A model generated the notes under the pieces. That model had not been told where the DNA came from. It searched no databases and saw only the letters and a list, made by a program, of their open reading frames with translations. Positions 61,824 to 64,000 of a stretch of DNA of 64,000 bases are shown one piece after another; within the stretch, counting starts at the first letter, position 1; every line of letters starts with the position of its first letter. Both the position numbers and the translations under genes were made by a program. The stretch comes from Saccostrea cucullata (taxonomy: Eukaryota): the NCBI RefSeq assembly GCF_032062105.1, contig NW_026940638.1, forward strand, positions 620,001 to 684,000. Direction: 5' to 3'.

Positions 61824-63962
61824 ATGAAAATCATTTTGTTTTTTAATGTAACGTTGTTTTATTGTGTTCTAAGCGATTTGGATCCGAAGAATTTTCCTGA
61901 CAGTTTTCAGATTCCCGAACAGGCGTACTGTATGGACACCTACCGATGTGGAGGGAACCACACCCTCCCGGAGAACTGTCGGTGTGACATTGACTGTCCC
62001 GTGTACGGGGATTGTTGTCCTGGAGAAGTGACCGACAAACCGGAAGAAACCAAAGTGATTCCTAACTTTACGTGTGAATATTGGGAGGATGTCGATTCTG
62101 AGAACTTTATATGGATTGTCAATTCGTGTCCCCGTGGTGCTGATACAGAACTAAAAAACAAGTGTGAAAATGGAAACGGAAGTGATGTTTTTGAACGTAT
62201 TCCAGTCAGTGGGCTAAACTCAGGATTTTTATATAAAAACATGTATTGCGCTTTGTGTAATGTAGATAATTATGTAATGTGGAACCCTGGAATTCAATGT
62301 AAATGGAAGTATACTTTGCCAGAAAATTTTAAAGTTTCATCATTATTGAACGATACCAATTGCCGTGTAACTTATTCTCCACCAATGGGAAACTTAACGC
62401 AGAGGACTTGTTTTCCTATCACAACGGCGGTGAGTTGCCAAAATGACTCTCTGATGACGTCATGTAAATCCGGAAATTATGCACCGGTATTCGGATTTAA
62501 AATAGCCTATCGAAATACCGATTGTGCAAGATGTCAAAATTTTCCTGAACTAAACCTTACATGTAACTTTAAGTCTTCACAACTGATTCCAAGTATAACA
62601 AAGCGAAAAATTTACAACTTCAGCTACAGAGTTCTATTTGATTTGACCAGTGGATGGGAGTTGTCGGAAACGCGATTCAGATCATCGGTACAGAACAAGA
62701 GTACAAACCCGCTACCCTCAACCTGCGACAGAAACCATTTGCTCGATCCATTTACCGGCCAGTGTTACAAAATTGTGTGCAAACCTCCATTTATTTATCA
62801 AAACGGTAAATGTTTATTGGAAGAGGAATTTACAAGTGACCCGAACATCACCTCATGCATTTCTAGACTTTTTCGTCAGAATGAGTTTAAAAAGGTTAAT
62901 TCTACTTCAATTTTTGTTTTTTCTTTGCGTAGAACGATCACTGACTTTACTTTGGAGGAAAATGAAACGGTTGCCTACGTTTGTATAAATGAAAGCAAAA
63001 TTGATGATCCATGGATCAACACAAGACTGACAACCGATTTTTCAAACGAAGAGAGCTTTTTGTCTTTTATTGGTGGAATTTTGTCTATATCGTGCCTGTT
63101 TGTATGTCTTATTGTTTACTTCTGTTCCTCAAAGTTACACAATGTACCTGGTAAAAATCTCATGTGTCTAATGGCTTCCTTGCTCGTGGCTCAGCTGTTA
63201 TTTCTACTGGCGCCATTTGTCTTTGAGGTAAAAAACCAAAGTTTATGCGAGGCCCTTTCAATTTTTACACACTTCTTCTTCCTTGCAGCCTTTTTCTGGA
63301 TGAATGTAATGTCTTTCGACATATTTTTCACTTTTTCTAAAGGTTTTATAAATTCGGGTGAAAGAGGGAGTACCTCAAAGCGTTTCCGCTTCTATTCCCT
63401 CTATGCGTGGTTAGGTACGTTGATTCTGGTAGGGACTGCAGCCTTGGTTAATTATACTTCGGATTCAAGCTTCAGACCTGCGTATGGCAGAGGTTTTTGT
63501 TGGATTTCAAACAGCCGAGGTCTGCTTGTTTTCTTCTTGGTTCCCATTGCAATTCTGTTGCTTTCAAACATCGTTTTCTTCACCGTGTCTGCTATAAGCA
63601 TTCACACTTCATCTAAAAAGACATCACGAGTTCTACAGAAAAAAGATGCTTGTAATTTATTTATTTATATAAAGCTTTCGGTTGTGATGGGGTTAACCTG
63701 GTGTTTTGGATTTCTTGCATCAGTAACAAACCACGTGGTCATGTGGTATTTGTTTATTTTCTTTAACACTTTACAAGGCTTCTTTATTGCAGTGTTCTTT
63801 GTGTGTACAAAAAAGGTATTTCGAATCGTACGAGATGGCGCCACTTCTTTTTATTCCAGCACCAGGTCCTTTACTCTGACAAAATCTATGAATTCTAAGA
63901 CAGATAGTGAAGAGAACCGGAACCTTGCGTTCCGGAAGTACAAAGCTCGAGAGTTCACCTGA
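61824..63962 (+). CDS. Intronless family-B (adhesion/Methuselah-like) GPCR with somatomedin-B-like Cys-rich ectodomain, ~712 aa
   Basis: Signal peptide MKIILFFNVTLFYCVLS; CRCDIDCPVYGDCC; YKNMYCALCN and YRNTDCARCQ repeats; 7TM motifs LHNVPGKNL, HFFFLAAFFWMNVMSFD, CWI, GLTW, NTLQGFFI. Confidence 0.9.
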   Translation: MKIILFFNVTLFYCVLSDLDPKNFPDSFQIPEQAYCMDTYRCGGNHTLPENCRCDIDCPVYGDCCPGEVTDKPEETKVIPNFTCEYWEDVDSENFIWIVNSCPRGADTELKNKCENGNGSDVFERIPVSGLNSGFLYKNMYCALCNVDNYVMWNPGIQCKWKYTLPENFKVSSLLNDTNCRVTYSPPMGNLTQRTCFPITTAVSCQNDSLMTSCKSGNYAPVFGFKIAYRNTDCARCQNFPELNLTCNFKSSQLIPSITKRKIYNFSYRVLFDLTSGWELSETRFRSSVQNKSTNPLPSTCDRNHLLDPFTGQCYKIVCKPPFIYQNGKCLLEEEFTSDPNITSCISRLFRQNEFKKVNSTSIFVFSLRRTITDFTLEENETVAYVCINESKIDDPWINTRLTTDFSNEESFLSFIGGILSISCLFVCLIVYFCSSKLHNVPGKNLMCLMASLLVAQLLFLLAPFVFEVKNQSLCEALSIFTHFFFLAAFFWMNVMSFDIFFTFSKGFINSGERGSTSKRFRFYSLYAWLGTLILVGTAALVNYTSDSSFRPAYGRGFCWISNSRGLLVFFLVPIAILLLSNIVFFTVSAISIHTSSKKTSRVLQKKDACNLFIYIKLSVVMGLTWCFGFLASVTNHVVMWYLFIFFNTLQGFFIAVFFVCTKKVFRIVRDGATSFYSSTRSFTLTKSMNSKTDSEENRNLAFRKYKAREFT

Positions 63963-64000
63963 TGGAATCACTTCCTGGAAGAAGTGATGCTAGTGATTAA

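Overview
AT-rich, intron-containing animal DNA; the repeat families (V-domain SINEs, ~167-bp satellite elements) point to a bivalve, most likely an oyster. Four spliced genes were reconstructed by hand with consistent reading phase: FADD (-, 3 exons), LRPAP1/RAP (+, 7 exons, head-to-head with FADD), an SLC5A8/SMCT-type Na+:solute symporter (-, 15 exons, two GC-AG introns) and PKD2 (-, 13 exons). An intronless somatomedin-B/7TM family-B GPCR lies at the right end. Between the symporter and PKD2 is a transposon-dense ~27 kb interval with four intronless ARF-like small GTPase paralogues, one of them broken by a MITE. The main candidate novelty is this ARF cluster. All four copies have Arg in place of the catalytic switch-II Gln, written with three different codons, and all carry a C-terminal extension. 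All share a short upstream motif, and the three intact copies also have a UPRE/CREB3-type TGACGTGG box. Other notable items are a TRIM-like element with a tRNA-type Pol III promoter inside its LTR-like repeat, a SINE/RTE/SINE nest and several foldback structures. Family assignments come from recalled motifs; no database search was run.
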